Source: an uncultured Candidatus Marinamargulisbacteria bacterium (GTDB lineage: Bacteria; Margulisbacteria; Riflemargulisbacteria; GWF2-35-9; DYQY01). From it: a stretch of DNA of 32,000 bases. The stretch is taken from contig CAYSAQ010000007.1 of NCBI GenBank assembly GCA_964429235.1, positions 35,581 through 67,580 of the forward strand. The letters run 5' to 3'. The stretch's first letter is position 1; each line of letters begins with the position of its first letter. The position numbers were made by a program, and so were the translations under genes. The notes below the pieces were generated by a model. The model had not been told where the DNA came from. It saw nothing but the letters and a program-made list of their open reading frames with translations, and ran no database searches. This document shows, one piece after another, positions 8,660 to 16,498 of the stretch.

Positions 8660-9352
8660 ATGAGCAAGAATGTGTTTTTATCAATTTTAGAATTATATGA
8701 GCTTCCTGTTTTTTTAGACAGAGAAGAGTTTTACGATAAAGTTGTTAGTTATCTATATATGCAGTTTAGATTTAAGCAGATAGAGGGTGTTAATAAATCT
8801 GAATTAGGATTTGACCTTTCACTATTTGATGATGGAGCTATTGCCTGTGTGTTAGCAGATAAAAAAACATATAAATTATCAAAGAAAAATATTTTAGACT
8901 TAAATGATATTAAGAAAATCATTATTTGTGTTGATAGGTCAGAGATGAAGAATTTTATCTCCTTTAAGCTTGGCAAACAGGTTGTTGGTAAATTTGAAAA
9001 ATTAAAAGAGTTAAAGTTGTTTATCTCCAGTATTGAAGCATTTTTTGAAAGACAAGAAAAAAGTTTTAAAAATGTTCGTAATTATTTAAAGAAAAAAGAG
9101 ACAATTGTTGCAAAGGAACCAAATGTAGCAAAGATAGTTGCTGAAAAAGAAGAGGTTAAGACAGGATTTTTACAAGCCACCGCAAAGAATATGCCTGAAA
9201 AAATAAAATTAACGCAATCATTAGAGAAGGCAGAGTCTGTGCTTATTAAAGAGATGCTTAGAAGAACAAAAGGCAAAAAAGTGGAAGCTGCTCAGAGATT
9301 AGGCATTACCGAGCGTATGATAGGCTATAAAATAAAGAAGTTTAACCTATAA
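8660..9352 (+). CDS. Fis-type helix-turn-helix protein with uncharacterised N-terminal region
   Basis: C-terminus ESVLIKEMLRRTKGKKVEAAQRLGITERMIGYKIKKFNL matches the Fis/NtrC C-terminal HTH pattern; no AAA+ motifs in the N-terminal part. Confidence 0.75.
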   Translation: MSKNVFLSILELYELPVFLDREEFYDKVVSYLYMQFRFKQIEGVNKSELGFDLSLFDDGAIACVLADKKTYKLSKKNILDLNDIKKIIICVDRSEMKNFISFKLGKQVVGKFEKLKELKLFISSIEAFFERQEKSFKNVRNYLKKKETIVAKEPNVAKIVAEKEEVKTGFLQATAKNMPEKIKLTQSLEKAESVLIKEMLRRTKGKKVEAAQRLGITERMIGYKIKKFNL

Positions 9353-9399
9353 TCCTCCGACTTCGTTAACACTCAGCCACCTCCTTTGATAAAGGAGGC
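9350..9399 (-). repeat. dispersed double-hairpin palindromic repeat, copy B'
   Basis: Minus strand: GCCTCCTTTATCAAAGGAGGTGGCTGAGTGTTAACGAAGTCGGAGGATTA; same layout as copies A and B with A/T changes in all three arms. Confidence 0.7.
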
Positions 9400-9416
9400 T
9401 CCTTAAGGTTGAAACA

Positions 9417-9463
9417 GCCCCCTTTATCAAAGGGGGAAAGATGCGTAAGCATCAGGGGGATTA
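9417..9463 (+). repeat. dispersed double-hairpin palindromic repeat, copy B
   Basis: GCCCCCTTTATCAAAGGGGGAAAGATGCGTAAGCATCAGGGGGATTA. Confidence 0.75.
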
Positions 9464-10177
9464 AAGTTTAAGTATTTGCCAGCGATTTTTCTTTGCAATT
9501 ACCTTTAGAAGCCTTTTTGGGTTTACCACAATAGGATGTCCCACGATTTTTAACATTGGCAGGTCAGAGATGTGATCAGTAAAAGAATAGCTTTGTTCTA
9601 AATCGATATTTTCTTCTTTTGCTAATCGTTTCATTCTTTTTACTTTTTCTTCGCCATGACAAGGAGTTCCTTGTATATATGATGTATAGAAACCATCTTT
9701 TTGTTCTAGCGTTGTAGCCTCTATTTCTCCAAACCCAAAATAATCTCTAAACAACCTAGCTACTGGATCTATAGTTGAAGATACGAAATACACCTTGTGT
9801 CCATCACTATGTAGTTTTCTTATTCGTTGCTCTATTTCAGGATAAATTTTAGGAGTTATTTCTGCATCAAACCATTTTTTCATCAGTGCGTCTAATTCTT
9901 TGACATTATTGCGTGTTAGCATAGGGTTTAATACTTTGTTACATTTTTCTATAACTTTGCTGAAATCATTAATCCAGTTCATCTTATAAAGCCCATACCA
10001 ATAGAGCACCAAAAAGATTAATCTAATTGGGAGTAATTTCTTTTTATAAAAATTTTGGACTAATAAATTTAATGAACCGTTTGGAAATATGGTTTTATCT
10101 ATGTCCGTAAAAACTGCTTTATTTTGTTGCACATACAAATTGTATGCTATGTTCGAGTCCAAATCAAGAATATCCAT
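9461..10177 (-). CDS. HAD-superfamily (subfamily IB, phosphoserine-phosphatase-like) hydrolase
   Basis: Motif I AVFTDIDKTIF, motif II VYFVSSTIDPVARLF, motif III-like SFTDHISDLPML. Confidence 0.85.
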   Translation of the reverse strand: MDILDLDSNIAYNLYVQQNKAVFTDIDKTIFPNGSLNLLVQNFYKKKLLPIRLIFLVLYWYGLYKMNWINDFSKVIEKCNKVLNPMLTRNNVKELDALMKKWFDAEITPKIYPEIEQRIRKLHSDGHKVYFVSSTIDPVARLFRDYFGFGEIEATTLEQKDGFYTSYIQGTPCHGEEKVKRMKRLAKEENIDLEQSYSFTDHISDLPMLKIVGHPIVVNPKRLLKVIAKKNRWQILKL

Positions 10178-10240
10178 TCAGTTTTTATTATAAATAGTGT
10201 AATATGTAACATAATAAATCAATATTTAAGGGGCTAAGTT

Positions 10241-10456
10241 ATGAAAACATTGCTAATTCTTGTACAGGTTGTTTCTGCTATTGCACTAGTTGTTTTAGTT
10301 TTACTTCACTCAGCAAAAGGGGAAGGTTTTGGGTCAATCGGTTCTGGTGCCAAAATGTTCTCTTCTCAAAAAGGCTTAGAAGATGGGCTAAATAGAGTTA
10401 CAACAACTTTTGCTGTTACGTTTTTAGGCTCAGCAATTTTGCTAAGCGTCTTGTAA
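10241..10456 (+). CDS. secG: preprotein translocase subunit SecG
   Basis: 71 aa with two TM helices; VLLHSAKGEGFGSIGSGAKMFSSQKGLEDGLNRVTT resembles the SecG core. Confidence 0.92.
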   Translation: MKTLLILVQVVSAIALVVLVLLHSAKGEGFGSIGSGAKMFSSQKGLEDGLNRVTTTFAVTFLGSAILLSVL

Positions 10457-10472
10457 TAAATAGGAGGGCCGG

Positions 10473-11132
10473 ATGAAGCTTACATTAAAAGAAAAATTTG
10501 ATTTCTTATGGCAAGATTTTGTTGCATATGTAGAAGAAGGTATAAAAGAAGGAACCTATGCAAAAGAAGTTCAGGACAATTTTCAAGAATTAACAGTTTC
10601 GGATATGAAGGTTTTTAAAAATGACGGCAAAGATATGCCATCATTCAGGCCATTAGATGCGCCCATTGAAGGTAAGGTTTTATTAACACTTCGAGATGTC
10701 GCTATTTTAATAGATGCAGGACTAGAAGATTTTATCGAAGGTAATTATATGGGTTTTGTTGGAATGCTCGAGAAGTATACCGAGGAGTTAGATTCTTCAG
10801 TATTCAATCAAGTGAACGCTTCAATGTCAGAAATGTCAGGTATTCACTATATGCCCTTTTTAAGCGAGAAAGCAAAAAGAGAGTTTGTCGATAAAGCAGA
10901 CGAGTTGAAAGATTTTTTACCAGTTAGCTTGTTATCATCTCCATACTTCTTTGATTTTTCTGCAAACGAAGTTTCATGGCAGGATGGAGCAGTATCACAA
11001 GGCAAAGCTCCTACAAAGGCAAAGATAATTCAGCGAGTATTAGAATCAGAAAATGAAAGATTAAGAGATATTTCTTTTTTAATGTTAAATAAAGAGAATT
11101 TAAAAAGTATAGGATTTGATAAGTATTTATAA
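10473..11132 (+). CDS. hypothetical protein
   Basis: 219-aa ORF preceded by AGGAGG; stop overlaps the next ATG (TAATG). Confidence 0.6.
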   Translation: MKLTLKEKFDFLWQDFVAYVEEGIKEGTYAKEVQDNFQELTVSDMKVFKNDGKDMPSFRPLDAPIEGKVLLTLRDVAILIDAGLEDFIEGNYMGFVGMLEKYTEELDSSVFNQVNASMSEMSGIHYMPFLSEKAKREFVDKADELKDFLPVSLLSSPYFFDFSANEVSWQDGAVSQGKAPTKAKIIQRVLESENERLRDISFLMLNKENLKSIGFDKYL

Positions 11133-11641
11133 TGATTCAAGAGTTATCAACTAAGATAGAGATTTTAGAAGTTCTACAAATTAAAGAACTAAAGGTATAT
11201 CAAGGATTTTTAGGAATACTGGAGAATCATAGTACTGTGCTTTTGCCTGATATTGATAAACCAGAAGTCTTAAGCGAAATGATGGCAGCTAAAAAAAAGA
11301 TGATGGATGAGGTTAATGTTATTGAGGCAGAACTATCTCCAATTAGAAAAGAAGTCGCTATAAGTTTTAGTTCAGGTAGTATGGATTTTTTAACTTCAGA
11401 AAAAATCGAAAAAATTAAGAGCATGGATATTCAGATTATTGAGAGTATTTCTCAGATATCGAAGGTAGAACAAGCGCTGACACAAAAGATTCAAAATAAA
11501 ATGGCAGATATAAGCTCACGATTAAATGAAATAGGAAACAAGAAGAAAATAAAAAGACAGTATGGCGGCAGCCAGAGTAATTATGTGTCTAAAAAGGAAA
11601 ACAAAGGTTCTGGTAGTCTTTACTTAGATTTTTCTGGCTGA
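11132..11641 (+). CDS. coiled-coil hypothetical protein, possibly FlgN-like
   Basis: Helical/coiled-coil-rich 169-aa ORF coupled to the previous gene. FlgN similarity is only architectural. Confidence 0.5.
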   Translation: MIQELSTKIEILEVLQIKELKVYQGFLGILENHSTVLLPDIDKPEVLSEMMAAKKKMMDEVNVIEAELSPIRKEVAISFSSGSMDFLTSEKIEKIKSMDIQIIESISQISKVEQALTQKIQNKMADISSRLNEIGNKKKIKRQYGGSQSNYVSKKENKGSGSLYLDFSG

Positions 11642-12318
11642 ATCTGAAGTTCTTGAACTAACGCATCTATTGATTCGCCATTTCTAACTCTTTCAATATA
11701 CTTTTCTCTAATATTGTCTAGATTTTCTGTAGAGCCGTTCTTTCTTATCCATAGCAAGATAAGCTGATTAATATTATATTTATTGTCAGTTCGTGGTTTA
11801 GTTATTGCCTGTTTTGCTTTTTTTATAAGGGCTGTATCGGCATTGATAATAGTGTTTATTTTTTCCCAGGCCTCATTTTTTTGGCTTTTAAGAGTCGAGG
11901 CTTTGTCCTGTAGTTCTTTTAATTTTAGCAGAGCATCTTCGTTATATGCAGAGTAGGGATATCCAGGGACAATGTCGCTAAGCTCGTTTATCTTAAACAA
12001 TACTGAAAGCAATTCTTCGTTTAGTGCTATGAATCGATCTTCGGCTTCTTTTAATAAAATAAAGTTTGTATTGGTTATAATTGCTGAGTTTGGACGAACA
12101 GTAGCGCTGCTTCTGATAAATGCTTCACCCAAAGAACTTCCCTTTTTCTTTAGATTAATTATTTGTTTGATAATTTTTATATCATTGTCATTATAGATTC
12201 GGATGTTTCTGTTGCCTTTTTCAGGTGAAATATATTCTTTTTTTTCCCAGTATTGGAGCTGTCGGTGGGAACACTCAGTAATCGCACAAACATCCTTACT
12301 TGTATATTGATCGGTCAT
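11620..12318 (-). CDS. MerR-family transcriptional regulator
   Basis: MTDQYTSKDVCAITECSHRQLQYWEKKEYISPEKGNRNIRIYNDNDIKIIKQI matches a MerR winged-helix N-terminus; MTDQ start at 12318 chosen over the track start at 12381. Confidence 0.8.
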   Translation of the reverse strand: MTDQYTSKDVCAITECSHRQLQYWEKKEYISPEKGNRNIRIYNDNDIKIIKQIINLKKKGSSLGEAFIRSSATVRPNSAIITNTNFILLKEAEDRFIALNEELLSVLFKINELSDIVPGYPYSAYNEDALLKLKELQDKASTLKSQKNEAWEKINTIINADTALIKKAKQAITKPRTDNKYNINQLILLWIRKNGSTENLDNIREKYIERVRNGESIDALVQELQIQPEKSK

Positions 12319-12374
12319 TTTTTTATTATAACACAAAAAATGTTTTATCAATCCCTTATAAAACCTTGAATTTA

Positions 12375-12403
12375 TTGACACTGTACATAGGCGTTGCTAT
12401 TAT
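12375..12403 (+). promoter_or_regulatory. sigma-70 promoter of the flgB operon
   Basis: TTGACA (12375-12380) - 17 nt - TATTAT (12398-12403), directly upstream of the flgB ATG at 12411. Confidence 0.75.
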
Positions 12404-12410
12404 TAAATTG

Positions 12411-12809
12411 ATGTTTTTAGATAGGGGATCGCAAGTTATAAAAGAGGGGTTGTCGATATCTGCTTTGCAGCATGATTTGATAGCTGAAAATATAGCGAAT
12501 ATATCCACTCCCGGATATAGGCGGAAAGATGCTAATTTCAAAATGACCTTATCAGGTATGATGAATGAGGGTATCCCAATGCAAAGAACACATTCAGGAC
12601 ATATCCCATTCAACTTTAATCCAGGACAAATGAACTCAATAATTAGAAACGATAACACTACTTCAGTTAATTCTTTTGGGAATAATGTGGATTTAGATAA
12701 AGAAATGGTTGGAATGGCTACAAATAATACGTACTTTAACGCGTTAACATCTTTTGCCAATAAGAAATTCAGAATGTTAGATTCCGTAATTTCAGAGAGG
12801 GTTGTTTAA
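12411..12809 (+). CDS. flgB: flagellar basal-body rod protein FlgB
   Basis: MFLDRGSQVIKEGLSISALQHDLIAENIANISTPGYRRKDANFK...; start shifted from the track start at 12300. Confidence 0.93.
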   Translation: MFLDRGSQVIKEGLSISALQHDLIAENIANISTPGYRRKDANFKMTLSGMMNEGIPMQRTHSGHIPFNFNPGQMNSIIRNDNTTSVNSFGNNVDLDKEMVGMATNNTYFNALTSFANKKFRMLDSVISERVV

Positions 12810-12818
12810 GGTTAGCTT

Positions 12819-13250
12819 ATGAGTTTTTTTCAATCAGCAGCAGTTATAGGTAGTGGTCTTAGTGTTCAAAGAGAAGTAATGGACGTTATTGCCGAAAATT
12901 TAGCAAACATAAATACAATGGAAACTCCCGAAGGTGGACCATATCAACGAAAAATTCCAATTATTTCAACTAAAGAGGGCGGAGGAAGTTCTTTTTCAAA
13001 TGTGTTGGGACAAAGAATACATAAACAGGTTAAAATAGCAGGTATTGTTAAGGATCAGTCTCCTCCAATAATGCAATATGATCCAACTCATCCAATGGCA
13101 GATAGCAAAGGATATGTTCGTAAGCCTAATATAAACCAAACAATGGAAATGGTTAGAATGATGGATGCCTCTAGAGCTTATGAGGCGAATGTGGCAGTAT
13201 TTAATGCTTCAAAAGCTATGGCTCAAAAATCGTTACAAATAGGGAATTAA
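12819..13250 (+). CDS. flgC: flagellar basal-body rod protein FlgC
   Basis: SAAVIGSGLSVQREVMDVIAENLANINTMETPEGGPYQRK...GYVRKPNINQTMEMVRMMDASRAYEANV. Confidence 0.96.
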   Translation: MSFFQSAAVIGSGLSVQREVMDVIAENLANINTMETPEGGPYQRKIPIISTKEGGGSSFSNVLGQRIHKQVKIAGIVKDQSPPIMQYDPTHPMADSKGYVRKPNINQTMEMVRMMDASRAYEANVAVFNASKAMAQKSLQIGN

Positions 13251-13251
13251 T

Positions 13252-14778
13252 ATGACAGAGATAGTTAGAAGGATCTACGAACAGTTAAGAACGGTTTTAT
13301 CGCAATTAAATATTGCTCAGCGTATTACACTTAGCATGCTTGGTCTTATCATATTTGTTTCATTTATCGGTATTGGAATTTGGGGCACAAGGCCAGATTT
13401 CGTTACTTTATACGCGGGGCTAGAGCAGCAAGATACAGGTGAAGTAATAAAGAGGCTGGATGATAAGGGCATTGCTTACAAGATAGGCCCTAATGGTTCT
13501 TCAGTTATGGTTCCTTCAAAGTACGCTAGAGAGCTAAGAGTAGAATTAGCTTCAGATGGCATACCTAACGGTGGTGCTAGTGGTTATGAATTATTTGATC
13601 AGTTTAAATTAGGAGTAACTGAATTTACTCAAAAGGTAAATTATCAAAGAGCGTTAGAGGCAGAATTAGCAAAAACAATTTCTAGCTTATCTCAGATTAG
13701 AGCTGTTAGAGTTCATATTGTTTTGCCAGAAGAATCTGTGTTTATGGAAGATAAAGATAAAACAACTGCTTCATTAGTTCTTGATGTACTAGGTGGCGCA
13801 TCATTATCACAGAGTAATGTAAACGGGATTGTGCATCTGGTTGCAAGTTCTGTTAAAGGCTTAAACACAAAGGGCATAACAGTTGTTGATACTAACGGTA
13901 ATGTTTTATATGCATATGAAGATGAGGGCATGATTGATTCTGGATTGAGCATGAAACAGCTTGATGTACAAAGACAATATGAAAAAACGATGCAGAATAG
14001 AATTTCTACAATGTTAAGCCAAGTATTTGGCAACAATTCTTCTGTTGTAAGAGTAAACGTGAGAATGAATTTTGATAAATCAGAATCGGAAAGTGAGATT
14101 TTTCTTCCATCAGAAGAGCGCATAATTAGAAGCGCTCGTGCAATGGAAGAAGGGTTTGAAGGTAAAAACGCTGCAAATCCAGCTAATATTGCAACAAATT
14201 TAGATGATTCTAATTATTCCAAAATTGACGAGACCACTAATTATGAAGTTTCTAAAAAAATAGAACGTTTCACAAGAGCGCCAGGATATATAGAAAAAAT
14301 ATCTGTAGCAGTTATACTTGATAGAAAAATATCGGATGAACAAAAGACCGATCTTCAGGCAGCAATATCTTCAGCTGCAGGAATCGATGCAGAAAGAGGA
14401 GATGTCATTTCGTTAACTAATTTAGTTTTTGATAAAACAACACTTGATGAAGTTAATAAGGAGATGGATCAGGAGCGACAGATCTCAATGGCGATGAATA
14501 TAGCCAAGAACGTTGGCCTTGGTATCTTACTGTTATTTACAGTATTCTATGCTAGACGAAGATTAAAAAAATTACAGGCAATAACAGGTTCTGGAGGTTC
14601 ATGGGGAATTAATGTTACAGATAGCGGCGGTAGCGCAATGCCTATTGGAGATCTTGATTCAGAAGTATATGCACAAAAAGAGAGAAGTTCGAATATGAGA
14701 AGATCGCTTGATGGAATGGTGAAAGATAATCCCGAAGTATTTGCTCAGGTTTTAAAGAGATGGCTGAGTGAGGGGTAA
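13252..14778 (+). CDS. fliF: flagellar MS-ring protein FliF
   Basis: VTLYAGLEQQDTGEVIKRLDDKGIAYKI...GVTEFTQKVNYQRALEAELAKTISSLSQIRAVRVHIVLPEESVF. Confidence 0.97.
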   Translation: MTEIVRRIYEQLRTVLSQLNIAQRITLSMLGLIIFVSFIGIGIWGTRPDFVTLYAGLEQQDTGEVIKRLDDKGIAYKIGPNGSSVMVPSKYARELRVELASDGIPNGGASGYELFDQFKLGVTEFTQKVNYQRALEAELAKTISSLSQIRAVRVHIVLPEESVFMEDKDKTTASLVLDVLGGASLSQSNVNGIVHLVASSVKGLNTKGITVVDTNGNVLYAYEDEGMIDSGLSMKQLDVQRQYEKTMQNRISTMLSQVFGNNSSVVRVNVRMNFDKSESESEIFLPSEERIIRSARAMEEGFEGKNAANPANIATNLDDSNYSKIDETTNYEVSKKIERFTRAPGYIEKISVAVILDRKISDEQKTDLQAAISSAAGIDAERGDVISLTNLVFDKTTLDEVNKEMDQERQISMAMNIAKNVGLGILLLFTVFYARRRLKKLQAITGSGGSWGINVTDSGGSAMPIGDLDSEVYAQKERSSNMRRSLDGMVKDNPEVFAQVLKRWLSEG

Positions 14779-14783
14779 TCTCT

Positions 14784-15800
14784 ATGGCACTAGGAGATAG
14801 ACCAACAGGTAGACGAAAAGCTGCAACTCTTTTACTTTCTTTAGGCAAAGAAGAGATAGTGCAAGCCTTAAAGCAATTAAGCGAGTCAGAAGTAGAAGAG
14901 CTTACAATGGAAATAGCAAGGCTGAAAAAAGTATCATCTAGTGAGCAAGATATAGTAATTGAAGATTTCATGCGTGAAGTTAAAATGAGTTCAGGCGACT
15001 ACGTGACTGGTGGCATTGATTATGCAAAAGATATTTTGGAGAAAGTTTTAGGTAAAGATAAGGCTGCTAATGCTTTAAAAGACTTCAATCAGAACTATCA
15101 ATTAACTCCCTTTGAGTTTTTAGATAAGGCAGATCCAGAGAATGTTATTAGATTTATTCAAGATGAACAGCCACAAACAATAGCATTAATCCTGGCCTAT
15201 TTAGATCCTAAGAAGGCAGGCCAGATTCTTTCGTTATTGCCAGAAGAGGTGCAGCCAGAGGTTGCTAGAAGAATTGCTTTAATGGACCAGACACCGCCCA
15301 ATATTGTTAGACAAATAGAGAATGTATTAGCAGCAAAGATATCATCAGTTATTACGCATCAGGATTTTTCAACACAAGGAGGAGTTAACTCTTTAGCAGA
15401 GGTTATTAACAGTGTTGATAGAGCTACAGAAAAAAAGATACTGGAATATTTAGAAGAAGTTGATCCTCAGTTATCTGTAGATGTAAAAGATCTGATGTTT
15501 GTGTTTGAGGATATTATTAGTCTTGAAGATAGGCAAATACAAAGATTGCTGCAAGAGGTAGATATGAAAGATTTACCAATGGCACTTAAAACGGCTAGCG
15601 AAAATTTAAGTGGGAAGATTTTTGCAAATCTTTCTGATAGAGCAGTTGATACGATGAAAGAAGAAATGGAATTTATGGGTCCAGTCAGAGTAAAAGAAGT
15701 TGAGGATGTACAACGAAAGATAGTTAATATAGTCAGGAATTTAGAAGAAGCCGGAGAGATATTTATATCTAGGGGCGAAGAAGAGGAAGAGTTTGTATAA
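14784..15800 (+). CDS. fliG: flagellar motor switch protein FliG
   Basis: RRKAATLLLSLGKE...EHPQTIALILAYLDP-like segment (DEQPQTIALILAYLDPKKAGQIL)...MFVFEDIISLEDRQIQRLLQEVDMKDLPMALK. Confidence 0.97.
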   Translation: MALGDRPTGRRKAATLLLSLGKEEIVQALKQLSESEVEELTMEIARLKKVSSSEQDIVIEDFMREVKMSSGDYVTGGIDYAKDILEKVLGKDKAANALKDFNQNYQLTPFEFLDKADPENVIRFIQDEQPQTIALILAYLDPKKAGQILSLLPEEVQPEVARRIALMDQTPPNIVRQIENVLAAKISSVITHQDFSTQGGVNSLAEVINSVDRATEKKILEYLEEVDPQLSVDVKDLMFVFEDIISLEDRQIQRLLQEVDMKDLPMALKTASENLSGKIFANLSDRAVDTMKEEMEFMGPVRVKEVEDVQRKIVNIVRNLEEAGEIFISRGEEEEEFV

Positions 15801-16498
15801 TGTCAGCAAAAATTATCAAAGCAGAAGAAGCAGTAGCTAGACAGTTAAAAACAGTTGCCCCGATTTTATCATCATACTTTACAGAAGAAATGGTTGTTCA
15901 AATGCTCCAAGAAGGAGAAAAGTTAGCCAAAACAATTAAGAAAAAAGAAGACGAAATGATGGTTAAAGCTAAAGAGCATGTTGAGCAAAAAAAGGTTCAG
16001 CTCGAGCAAGAAATAGAACAACTTAAAAATAATGCTTATCAAGAAGGACTTGAAGCAGGCAAACAAGAGTTCATTGGTAATCTACAGTCTTTTGTTGATG
16101 AATTAGAGATTATAAAATTAAAAGCAGGGTTAGCTATGGAAGTTTTTTTAGATGGAGTAGAAGGGCAGATTGTTAAATTCTCAATTTCATTAGCCGAGAA
16201 AGTGACAAGAATAACATTTGAGAAACAAGAAGATGTTTTTATAGATTTTGTAAAAAAGTTGTTTGATCAGATTAGCATAAAAGAGAGTATTGTCATAAAG
16301 GTGAATCCTCGACAATTTGCTATATTAAATAAACATAAGGAAGAATTTTCTGAGTATTTGGGTATTTCTAATCTTGGTATTCAAAAGGATTCAAGTATCG
16401 ACGAGTATGGAATAGGCATTGCTTTAGATACAGGGTTCATGGATGCCGGAATTGCCTCTCAGTTTTCTCAAATAGAGAAGAATCTTTTAAATGGCTAG
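15800..16498 (+). CDS. fliH: flagellar assembly protein FliH
   Basis: Position between fliG and fliI, coiled N-terminus, FliH/V-ATPase E-like C-terminus. Confidence 0.85.
   Translation: MSAKIIKAEEAVARQLKTVAPILSSYFTEEMVVQMLQEGEKLAKTIKKKEDEMMVKAKEHVEQKKVQLEQEIEQLKNNAYQEGLEAGKQEFIGNLQSFVDELEIIKLKAGLAMEVFLDGVEGQIVKFSISLAEKVTRITFEKQEDVFIDFVKKLFDQISIKESIVIKVNPRQFAILNKHKEEFSEYLGISNLGIQKDSSIDEYGIGIALDTGFMDAGIASQFSQIEKNLLNG

Noticed and set aside
12300-12410. N-terminal extension of flgB in the ORF track
   Set aside because: Runs through the promoter; MFLDRGSQVIKEGL is the expected FlgB start.
13713-14123. 136-aa minus-strand ORF
   Set aside because: Antisense to fliF; no recognisable protein features.
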